A stretch of DNA of 64,000 bases from an uncultured Fibrobacteria bacterium (GCA_963716395.1 OY970309.1:1408001-1472000), one strand, 5' to 3'. Positions 46,242 through 57,036 are shown, numbered from the stretch's first letter. The notes: generated by a model from the letters alone, not told the origin. Program-made: numbers and translations.

Positions 46242-47449
46242 CGGTCGAGTTCTCCGGCGATGATGTTGAACGAGGCGAGAATGGCCACCAGATCCGACAG
46301 CATGGCGCCTTCCAGCAGGCGCGGCAGAATCGGGTAATTGATGAACGACGGCGGACGAATGCGCACGCGCCAGGGATTGGAGCTGCCGTCGGAGATGAGG
46401 AAGAAGCCCAATTCGCCATTGGGGCTTTCGGTGGCCGAATAAACATCAGTGACGGGCGGACGCAGACCATGCTCTTCGCCCGGCATGATCATTTTGAAAT
46501 GGTGGATCAGCGATTCCATATCGCGGTAGGTCGAAAGCTTGTCGGGCAAGGCGTGCTTTTGATCCAGCGCGGAGATGGGGCCGGGTTCGAGCAGTTTCAT
46601 GGCCTGGCGCACCAGGGCGATGCTTTGATCCATTTCATCGATTCGAACTTTGTAGCGCGCCAGACTGTCGCCTTCGGAATAAAGCGGCACCTCGAATTGC
46701 AACTCGTCGTAAATCAGATAGGGCCGGTACTTGCGCAAATCGTAGTCGACTCCGGAAGCGCGCGCCATGGGACCGGTGATGCCGTAGGCTTCGACGTCGG
46801 CCTTGGAAATCACGCCGGTGCCCTGGGTGCGATCGAGAAAGATGCGGTTCTTGTAAAAACTGTCGCGCAACTTCTCCACCGTGCCGGCCATGCTGTCGAG
46901 AATGGCGTTGGTCCGCTGTTCGAAGCCTTCGGGCAAATCAAAGGCCACGCCGCCCACGCGGGTATAGCTGGTGGTGAGCCGCGTTCCCGTCACGGCCTCA
47001 AACACGTCGTACAGCTTTTCGCGCTCCACGAAGGTCCAGAGAATGGAGGTGAAGGCGCCCAGATCCATGGCCATGGCGCCCACGCACAGCGAGTGATCGG
47101 CCAGGCGCGACATCTCGGCGAGAATGGTGCGAATCACCTGGCAGCGGCGCGGTGGCTGCAAGCCCAGCAGTTCTTCGACCGCCACCGCGAAGCCGATGTT
47201 GTTGTTGAGGGGCGAGAAATAATTGAGCCGGTCGGTGAGCGTGACGAATTGATTGTAGGTGCGGTATTCGCCCAGTTTTTCAAAACCGGTATGCAGAAAA
47301 CCGATTTCTTGCGCGGCCTTAACGATGCGCTCGCCCCGGACCTCCATCTTGACCCGCAACGTTCCGTGCATGGCCGGGTGCGACGGCCCGACGTTCATGT
47401 GCATGGTGTTTTCGGTTTGCTCGACGACTTCCTGTTCGTAGGAATACAT
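46238..47449 (-). CDS. nuoD: NADH-quinone oxidoreductase subunit D
   Basis: GPSHPAMHGTLR, IGFLH.GFEK, DRLNY, ESPNGELG and the terminal GELDR. Confidence 0.96.
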   Translation of the reverse strand: MYSYEQEVVEQTENTMHMNVGPSHPAMHGTLRVKMEVRGERIVKAAQEIGFLHTGFEKLGEYRTYNQFVTLTDRLNYFSPLNNNIGFAVAVEELLGLQPPRRCQVIRTILAEMSRLADHSLCVGAMAMDLGAFTSILWTFVEREKLYDVFEAVTGTRLTTSYTRVGGVAFDLPEGFEQRTNAILDSMAGTVEKLRDSFYKNRIFLDRTQGTGVISKADVEAYGITGPMARASGVDYDLRKYRPYLIYDELQFEVPLYSEGDSLARYKVRIDEMDQSIALVRQAMKLLEPGPISALDQKHALPDKLSTYRDMESLIHHFKMIMPGEEHGLRPPVTDVYSATESPNGELGFFLISDGSSNPWRVRIRPPSFINYPILPRLLEGAMLSDLVAILASFNIIAGELDR

Positions 47450-47452
47450 GGC

Positions 47453-48001
47453 TCAATCCTTGGGCGCCTGCGCCGCGGGAACGGCGTGGTACACGGGAAA
47501 GTTGCCGCGTTCGCCGCGTCCGCGCAGGGGATAGTCTTTGCGCAGCGGATGGCCCTCGTAGTCGTCGGGCAGAAGAATGCGGCGCAAGTTTGGGTGGCCG
47601 GTGAATTCCAGTCCGTACAAATCCCACACTTCGCGTTCGGCCCAATCGGCGGCCAAAAACACATCGGTTAGGGAAGCCAGGCGGGGCGCGGCCTCAGAGA
47701 CGAAGGTGCGCACCTGGGCCTTGACGCCCAGAGACGGTGACAGCAAAGTTACGATGACGCCGAAGCGTTCGGGCATGGATTGCGGGTATTTCAAATAGTC
47801 GGCGCCGCACAGATCGATGAAATAGGTGCAGCGCAAATCCGCGTCTTCTTTGAGAAAGCGCAACAGCGGCTTATACTCGGGCGGCCGCACGGAGAATTGG
47901 AAGTATTGGGTTTTCTCCTCTTTGCCGAGAAGTTTGTCGCCCAGAAACCCTTCGACCTTGGCCGCGGTTTTCGCCAGGTTCTCCTTGTGAAATACCATCA
48001 T
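47453..48001 (-). CDS. nuoC: NADH-quinone oxidoreductase subunit C
   Basis: [23 protein letters not shown] and [13 protein letters not shown] overlap with nuoB. Confidence 0.94.
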   Translation of the reverse strand: MMVFHKENLAKTAAKVEGFLGDKLLGKEEKTQYFQFSVRPPEYKPLLRFLKEDADLRCTYFIDLCGADYLKYPQSMPERFGVIVTLLSPSLGVKAQVRTFVSEAAPRLASLTDVFLAADWAEREVWDLYGLEFTGHPNLRRILLPDDYEGHPLRKDYPLRGRGERGNFPVYHAVPAAQAPKD

Positions 48002-48558
48002 GCCTTGTGCTGCCGGTAAAAGGCGTCGGGCGTGCGCGAAGCCGGCGAATTCGTCGGGTCGCGGCCGGTTTCGTCGGAAACGAAATCGTCGGATTTGGCC
48101 TGGCCGTGCTTGGCTTTTTCCTGCACCGTCATCAGGGCTTCGATGAAGGCTTCGGGCCGCGGCGGGCAGCCGGGCATATAGGCGTCGACCGGAATGAATT
48201 GATCCACGCCCTGGATCAGGGCGTAGGTGTCGAACACCCCGCCACTGCTGGCGCAGGCGCCCATGGAGATGCACCATTTGGGTTCGGGCATCTGTTCCCA
48301 GATGCGTTGCAACACGGGCATCATCTTGAGCGCGATGCGGCCCGACACGATGAGCAAATCCGACTGGCGCGGCGAAAACTTGAGCACTTCGGAACCGAAG
48401 CGCGAAGCGTCGTATTTGGGCATGAAGGTGGCCATCATTTCGATGCCACAACAGGCCGTGCCGAAGGGCATGGGCCACAGCGAATTCGCGCGGGCCCAAT
48501 TGATGGCGAAGCCCAGGCGCGTGGTCACGACGTCATTCAAAGCTTCGCCTATTCCCAT
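47998..48558 (-). CDS. nuoB: NADH-quinone oxidoreductase subunit B
   Basis: [37 protein letters not shown] and PGCPPRPE. Confidence 0.96.
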   Translation of the reverse strand: MGIGEALNDVVTTRLGFAINWARANSLWPMPFGTACCGIEMMATFMPKYDASRFGSEVLKFSPRQSDLLIVSGRIALKMMPVLQRIWEQMPEPKWCISMGACASSGGVFDTYALIQGVDQFIPVDAYMPGCPPRPEAFIEALMTVQEKAKHGQAKSDDFVSDETGRDPTNSPASRTPDAFYRQHKA

Positions 48559-48911
48559 TGCAAGGCTCCGGTGCGCAAGATGTAAACCAGCCCCAAACCC
48601 AGCACGGCCAAGAAGAGCAGCACGGCTTCCAGCGCGCCGCCGCCTAGCAGGCGCTTGTAACCGACGGCGAAGGGCAACAGAAAAATGGTTTCGATGTCGA
48701 AGAGGATAAAAAGCAGGGCGAAGGTATAGAATTTGATGGCGACGGGTTTGTGGGGGCTTTCGAGAGCATCGACGCCGCATTCATAGGGTTGGTATTTCAC
48801 CTTGGTATAGGTGCGGCGCGGACCGAGCAAGGTCGAAAGCGCGATGGCGGCCACGCCGATGAACACAGCCAACCCGGCGTAGACGATTAAAGGAAGGAAT
48901 TCGCTTAACAT
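48549..48911 (-). CDS. nuoA: NADH-quinone oxidoreductase subunit A
   Basis: [16 protein letters not shown] and GALQWE. Confidence 0.94.
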   Translation of the reverse strand: MLSEFLPLIVYAGLAVFIGVAAIALSTLLGPRRTYTKVKYQPYECGVDALESPHKPVAIKFYTFALLFILFDIETIFLLPFAVGYKRLLGGGALEAVLLFLAVLGLGLVYILRTGALQWE

Positions 48912-49064
48912 CTTCTCTCTGCTCGCCGCGACGCTGTTCAATTCTCCCGGCCGGAGCCGTCACATGGTGGCAGGGTCTCCGTCTTTTGCCCAGGTGAACT
49001 CGGCCGCGGACTGAAAATTTAGGAAAAATCGCGGGCGCGGGCGATTTTCCGTCCCGGTCCCTCT

Positions 49065-50312
49065 TCAGCTCAAAGGGTAGGGCTCAGGGCGAACCCGGCG
49101 CAATTTCTCCACTGCCGCGCGCAAGGTTTCATCGCGTTTGCAAAAGCAGAAGCGCAGCAGGTCGCGCCGCGCTTCGGGGCCGCTGCGATAAAAGGAAGAT
49201 CCGGGAACGGCGGAGACTCCGACCTCTTGCACCAGACGGCGCGCCAAACCGGCGTCGTCTTCGCGCGATCGCAGCCACGACCCGGCTGCGGCCATCACGT
49301 AATACGCGCCTTGCGGCTTGAAGCAGCGCATTCCGGCCGATTCCAAACCGGCGATCAGCAGCTCGCGGCGCATGCGGTATTCGAGGGCCAATTCGTGATA
49401 GTAGGCGGCGGGTAAGGCCAAGGCGCCCTGCACCGCGACTTGCAGCGGCGTGGCCGCGCATACCGTGAGAAAGTCATGCACCTTGCGCAAGGCCTCGGAG
49501 AGGGGTTTGCGGGCCAACGCCCACCCCACGCGCCAGCCGGTGACGGCATAGGTTTTGGAGGCGCTGTTGATGGTGACGGTGCGATCTTCGAGTCCGGCCA
49601 TCGCACCGGGGCTGCGGTGGCGCGCGCCGTCGTACAGGATGTGTTCGTAAATCTCGTCGGAAAAAACCCTGGCATTCCATTTCTGGCACAGCCGGGAGAT
49701 GATTTCAAGTTCGGCCGCGGTAAACACCTTGCCGGTGGGATTGTGCGGTGTGGTGATCACCACGGCCGCGGTTTTAGGGCCGAAGGCGCGCCGGAGTTCG
49801 CCTTCGTCGAAGGTCCAGTCGGGCGGGCGCAGGGTAACATACCGGGGACGGGCCCCGGAGAGATAGCTGTCGGGGTGGTAATTCTCGTAGAACGGCTGAA
49901 AGAGCACGACTTCGCGGCCTGCGTCGATGAGGCCGAGAAAAGCGCAGAGCATGGCTTCGGTGGCGCCGCAAGTCACCGTGACCTCGGTTTCCGCATCGAC
50001 GTCGATGCCGTTGTAGATCTTGGCTTTGCGGGCGATGGCCTGACGCAATCCCGGCAGGCCCCAGGTGATCGAATATTGATTGTGGTCTTTTTCGATGGCG
50101 TCGCGCGCCAGCCATTTGAGCTCGCGTGGGCAGGGAAAATCGGGAAAGCCCTGGGCCAGGTTCACGGCCCCATGCGCCAAAGCCAGGCGCGTCTGTTCGC
50201 GGATCACCGATTCGGTGAAGCGATGCAGGCGCCGCGCGGCTTGCGACGCCAAAGCCCGCGGCCGAGACGCGCGCCGCGCCGCGGCCTGCGACGCCGAGGT
50301 TCCGGTAGTCAC
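49065..50312 (-). CDS. PLP-dependent class I/II aminotransferase (YbdL-like)
   Basis: NLAQGFPDF, TCGATEA, TPHNPTG, DEIY, SASKTY.VTGWRVG and RFCFCK. Confidence 0.9.
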   Translation of the reverse strand: MTTGTSASQAAARRASRPRALASQAARRLHRFTESVIREQTRLALAHGAVNLAQGFPDFPCPRELKWLARDAIEKDHNQYSITWGLPGLRQAIARKAKIYNGIDVDAETEVTVTCGATEAMLCAFLGLIDAGREVVLFQPFYENYHPDSYLSGARPRYVTLRPPDWTFDEGELRRAFGPKTAAVVITTPHNPTGKVFTAAELEIISRLCQKWNARVFSDEIYEHILYDGARHRSPGAMAGLEDRTVTINSASKTYAVTGWRVGWALARKPLSEALRKVHDFLTVCAATPLQVAVQGALALPAAYYHELALEYRMRRELLIAGLESAGMRCFKPQGAYYVMAAAGSWLRSREDDAGLARRLVQEVGVSAVPGSSFYRSGPEARRDLLRFCFCKRDETLRAAVEKLRRVRPEPYPLS

Positions 50313-50986
50313 GCGCTTTCCCCGAAGCGGCGGAAGTAAAGCAGAAAAGCCAGCAGCGGCTGCACGCTGGTGATTTCGGCTGCGGCTTCGGAAAAGGTTT
50401 TCAGGGTGGTGGTGATGAATTCGCCTTCATCGGGGTGGCCGGCCTGGCCGCCTTCCAAGCTTTGCCATTGCGACTCGTCCAATTCCAGTTCGGCGCAGTA
50501 CAGATAAATGCTTTCGTCGGCGAGCCCGGGCGAACTGTATAAGGCCCGGCCCCACAACGGCGTCAGCGCTTCGCGTGCTATGCTTACCCCGGTTTCTTCT
50601 TCCAGTTCGCGCACGGCCACGCCGGTCGGGTCGTTCAGGTTTTCATCGAGCATGCCGGCGGGAAATTCCAGGCTCACGCCCCCATGTCCGATGCGCCGCT
50701 GGCGGATCATGAGAAACTTTTTTCCCCCGCCGCCGCGGCGGCGGCACACCGGCATCACCACACAGGCCGGGCCGCGCACAAGGGCATAGGGCATCAGCGG
50801 CTTGCCCTCGCCATCGCGTCCGAGGGCGCGCACCAAGGCGAACAGCAATTCCCCGTTGCGTTTGTGCAGGAGTTGCAGCGGTTCCAGGGCGTCGAGGCTG
50901 CAACCGGCCTCGGCCAGGCTTTGCTCCCAGGCGCGCACCTTGGGGGCTTGGCGCCAGGCGGAATCGTGATCAGGGTTTGACGTCAA
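50309..50986 (-). CDS. Nudix hydrolase (ADP-sugar pyrophosphatase-like)
   Basis: Nudix box EFPAGMLD...AVRELEEETG and SPG..DE. The start codon is uncertain. Confidence 0.85.
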   Translation of the reverse strand: MTSNPDHDSAWRQAPKVRAWEQSLAEAGCSLDALEPLQLLHKRNGELLFALVRALGRDGEGKPLMPYALVRGPACVVMPVCRRRGGGGKKFLMIRQRRIGHGGVSLEFPAGMLDENLNDPTGVAVRELEEETGVSIAREALTPLWGRALYSSPGLADESIYLYCAELELDESQWQSLEGGQAGHPDEGEFITTTLKTFSEAAAEITSVQPLLAFLLYFRRFGESA

Positions 50987-51479
50987 ACAGAGCCCCCAGG
51001 GCAAAGCGCCAAAAAACCTGGTTGTCCGCGCCCCAGGAAAAACTGGGCTGAAAGGCCGCGAACAAAGACCACGCGTTTTGCAGCGGTATCACGCCTTCGG
51101 CGTCGGCACCCGCCAGCAGGTGAAGTTTTTTGTCCCAATTCTGCGACACACCCAGGTGCAGCCCCAGCCGCGGAAACACGGCGTCGTCTGCGGAAGGGTG
51201 GAATTCGCGCTTCACTCCAAGCGTGGCTTCGAATTGGTTGACGACGGGCAAGGTGTTGAAGTCGGCCGTGGGTTTGAAATATTCATAACCGAGCAGAAGG
51301 CACGCCGTGCTGTTCTCCGCGAGGTGGGTTTCCACGCTTCCTTGCCCTCCCAAACCGCGCTGGTAACGATCGTCCCACACCGAGGCGCTGAGGGCGCCGC
51401 TCCAACCCTGCACGGTGAACGGGCCCAAGGCCCGGGCCCATGCAGCCAGAGTCAGCAGAACGAAGACGGCGTTTTTCAA
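50970..51479 (-). CDS. Small secreted, probable outer-membrane beta-barrel protein
   Basis: Signal peptide ending ARA and about 8 amphipathic strands. Confidence 0.55.
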   Translation of the reverse strand: MKNAVFVLLTLAAWARALGPFTVQGWSGALSASVWDDRYQRGLGGQGSVETHLAENSTACLLLGYEYFKPTADFNTLPVVNQFEATLGVKREFHPSADDAVFPRLGLHLGVSQNWDKKLHLLAGADAEGVIPLQNAWSLFAAFQPSFSWGADNQVFWRFALGALFDVKP

Positions 51480-51507
51480 GCGGCCTCCTTGCAGGCGCGG
51501 TTTTCCG

Positions 51508-52404
51508 TCAATCCGGAGGTGCCGCGACCCAATCTTTGGGAACTAAGAAATAGGAAGTCAGCCGCGCTTCGGGGCTGCCCGATTCCGGTTGAAAGTCATA
51601 CTCCCACCGGCACAGCGGCGGAAGTGACATCAAAATCGACTCGGTCCGACCGCCCGACTGCAACCCGAACAAGGTGCCGCGATCGTAGATCAGGTTGAAT
51701 TCCACGTAACGCGATCGTCGGTAAAGCTGAAAGTCGCGCTGGGCCGCGGAGAAATGCCGGCCGCGCAAAGCCGCGAAGGGGCGGTATAAATCGGGAAACA
51801 GATTCCCCAACTCCTCCACGAATTTCAAATCGGTTTCCGGGTCGTCTTGCAGATGATCGAAGAACAAGCCGCCCACGCCGCGCGCTTCGCGCCGGTGTTG
51901 GAGGTAAAAGTATTCGTCGCAAGCCTGCTTGAGGGCGCGGTAGTCGCGTCCCGCGTCGTTGCAGAAGCGTTCGAGCCGGCGGTGAAAGTCGACCACCAGT
52001 TTTTTTTCCGGATAATAGGGGGTCAAATCCACCCCGCCGCCGAACCAACTCATGCCTTCGGTTTCGAAGTAGCGGACATTGAGATGCACGGTGGGGACAT
52101 GCGGATTCAACGGATGCAGCACCAAACTGACGCCGGTGGCATAATAGGGCGCCCCGGCGGGGATGTGCAGCGCCTGGGCCGCCGAGGCCGGCAGCGCGCC
52201 GCCCTGCAGGGCCGAAAAGTTGACGCCGCCTTTTTCCAGCAAAACCCCGCCTCCCCAGATGCGCGTCCGGCCGCCGCCGTCGCCGCGATCATAACTCCAA
52301 CGATCTTCCCGGTAGTCGGAACCGTTTTCACTGTTCAAGAAGGCGCAAATCCGATCCTGCACTTCGCGGAAGCGCTGGGCGACGCGATCGCCGAAATCGG
52401 ACAT
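51508..52404 (-). CDS. hemF: Oxygen-dependent coproporphyrinogen III oxidase
   Basis: EKGGVNFS, HP.NPHVPT.H.N.RYF, WFGGG.DLTP, RGVGGLFFD and YVEFNL.YDRGTLFGL.SGGR.ESILMS.P. Confidence 0.96.
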   Translation of the reverse strand: MSDFGDRVAQRFREVQDRICAFLNSENGSDYREDRWSYDRGDGGGRTRIWGGGVLLEKGGVNFSALQGGALPASAAQALHIPAGAPYYATGVSLVLHPLNPHVPTVHLNVRYFETEGMSWFGGGVDLTPYYPEKKLVVDFHRRLERFCNDAGRDYRALKQACDEYFYLQHRREARGVGGLFFDHLQDDPETDLKFVEELGNLFPDLYRPFAALRGRHFSAAQRDFQLYRRSRYVEFNLIYDRGTLFGLQSGGRTESILMSLPPLCRWEYDFQPESGSPEARLTSYFLVPKDWVAAPPD

Positions 52405-52460
52405 ACCGTCAAATCTACTTCACGCCGCGGCCCCGCCGTTTCTACTTTACCCTCCACGGC

Positions 52461-53324
52461 ATGAGCTTGCTTTCGTTCTGGCAACATCTTCCCTCGCACA
52501 TGAATCCGGTCATCCTGCATATCGGAGGTTTCCGGTTGCAATGGTACGGACTCATGTATCTGGTGGCTTTTCTCTGCACCTATTTTCTGGCGCGGTACCG
52601 CACGCGCACCGAATCCCGCTTTCCCTATGACGAGGAATTTCTGAAGAATCTGATGACGTACGCTTTTCTCGGCGTGCTCATCGGCGGGCGTCTGGGCTAT
52701 GTGCTGTTCTACAACTTTCCCTATTACATGGCGCATCCCCTGGAAATCATTCTGCCCTTTCGATCCACGCCCACGGGGTGGCAATTCAGCGGCATCTCAG
52801 GGATGTCGTACCATGGCGGCCTGACGGGTTGCGTGCTGGCCTGCGCCTGGTTCTGCAAAAAATTCGCCGCCGATTTTTGGAATCTCGCCGATTTGTTTTT
52901 TCCCGCGGCGCCGCTCGGGTATACGTTCGGCCGCATCGCCAATTTCATCAACGGAGAATTGTGGGGGCGCGTGACCCATGCCCCTATCGGCATGTATTTT
53001 CCCGACGCACCCGGCCTGCAATTGCGACATCCCTCACAACTTTACGAAGCCTTTTTCGAAGGCCTGGTGCTGTTCGCCATTCTCTGGTCGCTGCGCAAGC
53101 GTCCGTTTTCCAAAGGTTCGTTCGCGGGGCTGTATCTTATCGGTTACGGTTGCTTCCGCTTCTTCATCGAGTTCTTCCGCCAGCCCGACGCGCAATTGGG
53201 GCTTTTGTTTTTCGGGCACTTTTCCATGGGCCAGGCTTTGTGCACCGCTATGATTGCGGTGGGGATTTTGTTCCTGGTGTGGCGGAAACGTGCGGCGGTG
53301 CCGGCTTCTCCGGCCGGGAGCTGA
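52461..53324 (+). CDS. lgt: Prolipoprotein diacylglyceryl transferase
   Basis: WYGLMY, GGRLGYVLFY, GMSYHGG, GRIANFINGELWGR, HPSQLYEA and RFFIEFFRQPD. Confidence 0.97.
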   Translation: MSLLSFWQHLPSHMNPVILHIGGFRLQWYGLMYLVAFLCTYFLARYRTRTESRFPYDEEFLKNLMTYAFLGVLIGGRLGYVLFYNFPYYMAHPLEIILPFRSTPTGWQFSGISGMSYHGGLTGCVLACAWFCKKFAADFWNLADLFFPAAPLGYTFGRIANFINGELWGRVTHAPIGMYFPDAPGLQLRHPSQLYEAFFEGLVLFAILWSLRKRPFSKGSFAGLYLIGYGCFRFFIEFFRQPDAQLGLLFFGHFSMGQALCTAMIAVGILFLVWRKRAAVPASPAGS

Positions 53325-53352
53325 TTTTTCAACAGGCAAAAACAAAAGGCAT

Positions 53353-53382
53353 AAAAAAACCGGGGCTCTTGTGGAGCCCCGG
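53353..53382 (-). terminator. Rho-independent terminator (minus strand)
   Basis: A 9-bp stem ccggggctc/gagccccgg with a 5-nt loop, followed by T7 on the minus strand. Confidence 0.8.
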
Positions 53383-53460
53383 AACCCAGGGATAGGAGAG
53401 GGGGAGATGAGGTGCCTAGGAGGACCCCCGGGTTTTTCTTATTACATAATGTAACCCATT

Positions 53461-54318
53461 TTATCCGACCAGGGCAAGCTCGCGGGCTTCCTCGAAGCTC
53501 CGCAATGATTCCAGCCCTTTTTCCTTGATTTGGCGCACGCGCTCCTTGGAAAGTCCGATGATTTCGCCGATTTCTTCCAAATTAAGCGGCTCGAAATATC
53601 CAATCCCGAAATACATACTCAATACCGTTTTTTCCTGTTCCGGAAGGCGGTGCAGTAATTCGCTCACGTGCTTTTTGCGCGAATCTTCCTGAATGCCCAA
53701 ATCCGGGGCTTCGGAATGGGAGTCTTCGATCACATCGAGAATCGAAGTTCCCTCTTCGTTGCCAATGGGCTCGTCGAGCGAGGCATGCCGCAGGCCCATT
53801 TCCAAGATTTTTTCCACCTGATCGCCGGTGTACCCGAGCTTTTTCCCCAAAGCCTTGGTATCGACCTGCAGCCCGCCGCCCACCACCTGCCGCATGGGCA
53901 CGTTGTGTTTGGAGAACCGGCGCAGAATCAGCTCTTTCTCGGCGCTGATGCGCACCAAGCGCGCGCGTTCGGCGATGGCGCGCGTGATGGCCTGGCGAAT
54001 CCACCACACCGCGTAGGAGATGAATTTGAGATTGCGGTTGATGTCGAAGCGCTTGGCGGCTTCGATGAGGCCGATGTTGCCTTCATTGATCAATTCGGGC
54101 AAAGAAAAGCCCTGGTTCTTATACATGAACGCCACGTTGATCACAAATTTTAGATTGGAGCACACCAACTTGTGCATGGCCCGCTGGTCGCCGGATTTGA
54201 CGCGTTTCAGGATTTCGGTTTCTTCTTTGCGGGTCAGCAAGGGATAACGGCTGATGTCTTTGATGTATTGGTAGTAGAGGGAGGCGCCTTCCCAAGCCTC
54301 CATGGATTGATGTGTCAT
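53461..54318 (-). CDS. RpoD/SigA-family sigma-70 factor (short, no region 1.1)
   Basis: PLLT..EE, NLKFV.NVA, LINEGNIGLIEAA.RFD, KFISYAVWWIRQAI and LEEIG...GLSKERVRQI. Confidence 0.93.
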   Translation of the reverse strand: MTHQSMEAWEGASLYYQYIKDISRYPLLTRKEETEILKRVKSGDQRAMHKLVCSNLKFVINVAFMYKNQGFSLPELINEGNIGLIEAAKRFDINRNLKFISYAVWWIRQAITRAIAERARLVRISAEKELILRRFSKHNVPMRQVVGGGLQVDTKALGKKLGYTGDQVEKILEMGLRHASLDEPIGNEEGTSILDVIEDSHSEAPDLGIQEDSRKKHVSELLHRLPEQEKTVLSMYFGIGYFEPLNLEEIGEIIGLSKERVRQIKEKGLESLRSFEEARELALVG

Positions 54319-54528
54319 ATTGGGTTCCTTGGCTGAATTGGTTCGTTTTGAATAATACGGGGCCGGGAGGCCGGGTTTGTCACGGATCTGTCATAGCCCG
54401 GCATTTTTTTGCTCCAACCCGGTTTCAGAATGCAACATGCGAAAATCGACTTTGAGGCCCATCCGCCGCTTTTTAGCTTTACGGAACTTTGGGGTCAGGG
54501 CCACCAAGCCATTGCATCGGAGTATTCC

Positions 54529-56862
54529 TTGAGTGTAAACGTCGTTGAAGCCATCGCAGGCGAAATCAAATTGCGCCCGGAACAGGTGCGAAACACCCTT
54601 TCGCTGTTCGATCAAGGCGCCACCGTGCCCTTCGTGGTGCGTTACCGCAAAGAGGCCACCGGATCGCTGGACGAAAACCAGATTCGTCTGCTGGAAGAGC
54701 GCTACGCCTATTTCAAGGAGTTGGAAGAGCGCAAGCAAACCATGCTCAAGAGCATCGAAGCCCAGGGAAAATTGACGCCCGAGCTCAAAGCCAAAATCGA
54801 GAATTCGCTTGCGAAAACCGAGATCGAAGATTGGTATCTGCCCTTCAAACCCAAGCGCCGCACACGCGCCATGGCCGCGCGCGAAGCCGGCCTAGAGCCG
54901 CTCGCCCGCCGTCTCGAAGCCCAGGAGCCGCAGGGCGAAAAAACCGCCGAACAAATCGCGGCAGATTTTCTCAATCCCGAAAAGAACATCGCCGATACGG
55001 CAGCAGCCTTGCAGGGCGCGCTCGACATTCTGGCCGAAGAACTGTCGGAAAACCCCGAAGTGCGCGCGGCCCTGCGCGCAGAGGCGCTGCAACGCGGTGT
55101 GTTCACATCCAAGGTGCGCAAGGAATCGGAGGGCAAACGGTCCAAATTCGAGATGTATTACAACTTCAGCGAAAAGGTGAAAGACCTGCCTTCGCACCGC
55201 ATTCTCGCCATGCGGCGCGGCGAAAAAGAGGAAGTGCTGAAAACCGAATTGCAGTTGCAAGACGATCATTGTATCGCCGCGTTGAACCGCCGTCTGAAAC
55301 CCGGGCCGTTCACCGCAGACCTGGAAAAGATGGCGGCCGACGCCTATGCGCGCCTGCTGAAACCGGCCGTAGAAACCGAGGTGCGCATGCTTTTAAAAGA
55401 GCGCGCCGAAGCCGAAGCCTTCCGCGTGTTCCAGAAAAATCTCTCCGACGTATTGTTGGCGCCGCCGGCCGGACCCAAAATCGTGATGGGCGTAGACCCG
55501 GGTTTTCGCAGCGGGGTGAAACTGGCCGTGGTCGACGCCACCGGCAAATTGCTCGAGCATCGCACCATCCATCCCCTGCCGCCGCAAAACCAGCGCGAAG
55601 CCTCGACTACCATTTTGCTGGCCATGATCGAGAGTTTCAAGGTCGAAATCATGGCCATCGGCAACGGCACGGCTTCGCGCGAAGTCGACGAATTCGTTTC
55701 CGAAGCCCTGAAGCAATTGGAGAGTCCTCCCATCAAGGTCGTGGTTTCCGAAGCCGGAGCGTCGGTATATTCCGTGTCTCCCGCGGCGTCGAAGGAGTTC
55801 CCCGATTTGGACGCGACGTTGCGCAGCGCGGTTTCCATCGCCCGCCGCATCCAGGATCCTCTGGCCGAACTGGTCAAGATCGAACCCAAGTCCATCGGCG
55901 TGGGCCAATACCAGCACGATGTGAGCCAGAACGAGCTCAAGCGCAAGCTCGAACAAACCGTTGAATCGTGCGTGAACCGCGTAGGCGTCGACGTGAACCA
56001 GGCTTCGGAGGCGTTGCTCGGCTATGTCTCGGGTGTGAACAAATCCTTGGCCAAGAGCATCGTCGACTACCGCAACCAGAATGGTGCTTTTCGCATGCGC
56101 GCCGCCTTGGTCAAGGTCCCGCAATTCGGACCCAAAGCCTTTGAGCAGGCCGCGGGTTTTTTGCGCCTGCGCGTCGCCGAAAATCCGTTGGACGCTTCGG
56201 CCGTGCATCCCGAACGGTATGAACTGGTGAAAACCATGTGCGCCGATGCCGGTGTTTCGGTGTCCGAAGTCATCGGCAACCGCGAGGCTTTGGGCAAAAT
56301 CGATTTCAAGAAATACGTGGGCGGCGAAGTGGGCATGCCCACCTTGCTCGACATCGCGGCCGAATTGGAAAAGCCGGCCCGCGACCCGCGCGCTGAATTC
56401 GTGTACGCCCGCTTCAACGCCAAGCTGCAAGACCTGAAAGATTTGCAGCCCGGCATGTGGCTCGAAGGCGTGGTCACCAACGTCACCAATTTCGGAGCCT
56501 TCGTCGACATCGGCGTGCATCAAGACGGCCTCGTGCACGTTTCGGAACTGTCCGAGAAATTCATCGCCGATCCGAAGCAGGCCGTGGCGCCCGGGCAATT
56601 GGTGCAGGTGCGCGTGCTCGCCGTCGACGCGGATCAAAAACGCATTTCGCTGTCGATGAAGAAAGAAGCCGCGCTCCCGCCCGCGGAGAAAAAAAAACGC
56701 GCCGGCGGACGGGGCCAAGAGCCGGCGAAACCCGCCAAGCCCCGGCGGCCGCAGGCTACCATGGATCAACTGGTCAAAAAGTTCAACGACACGGGCAAGC
56801 AAAAATCGAACAATGTGAAATTGCAGATTTCCATCAAAGAACTCATGCGTTCCGGCCGCTAG
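54529..56862 (+). CDS. tex: Tex-family RNA-binding transcription accessory protein
   Basis: GATVPF..RYRKE.TG.LDE, YLPFKPKRRT, DPGFRSG.K, IGNGTASRE, EAGASVYS, IGVGQYQHD and a C-terminal S1 domain. TTG start after GGAG. Confidence 0.93.
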   Translation: MSVNVVEAIAGEIKLRPEQVRNTLSLFDQGATVPFVVRYRKEATGSLDENQIRLLEERYAYFKELEERKQTMLKSIEAQGKLTPELKAKIENSLAKTEIEDWYLPFKPKRRTRAMAAREAGLEPLARRLEAQEPQGEKTAEQIAADFLNPEKNIADTAAALQGALDILAEELSENPEVRAALRAEALQRGVFTSKVRKESEGKRSKFEMYYNFSEKVKDLPSHRILAMRRGEKEEVLKTELQLQDDHCIAALNRRLKPGPFTADLEKMAADAYARLLKPAVETEVRMLLKERAEAEAFRVFQKNLSDVLLAPPAGPKIVMGVDPGFRSGVKLAVVDATGKLLEHRTIHPLPPQNQREASTTILLAMIESFKVEIMAIGNGTASREVDEFVSEALKQLESPPIKVVVSEAGASVYSVSPAASKEFPDLDATLRSAVSIARRIQDPLAELVKIEPKSIGVGQYQHDVSQNELKRKLEQTVESCVNRVGVDVNQASEALLGYVSGVNKSLAKSIVDYRNQNGAFRMRAALVKVPQFGPKAFEQAAGFLRLRVAENPLDASAVHPERYELVKTMCADAGVSVSEVIGNREALGKIDFKKYVGGEVGMPTLLDIAAELEKPARDPRAEFVYARFNAKLQDLKDLQPGMWLEGVVTNVTNFGAFVDIGVHQDGLVHVSELSEKFIADPKQAVAPGQLVQVRVLAVDADQKRISLSMKKEAALPPAEKKKRAGGRGQEPAKPAKPRRPQATMDQLVKKFNDTGKQKSNNVKLQISIKELMRSGR

Positions 56863-57036
56863 TTCGCAGCGGTTTTCCCTCGCGAAAATTTTCGTAGTGC
56901 GGTCGCTACCCGCAACCCGAAATGGGTTCAACTATTCGGGCTTTTTTCGGATTCCAATAAATTTCCCCGGGGAGATTTTTCTTTCCTGCCTATTATTGAT
57001 TTTCATGAATGCAACCTTGAAAGTCGGAAAAAAGAA

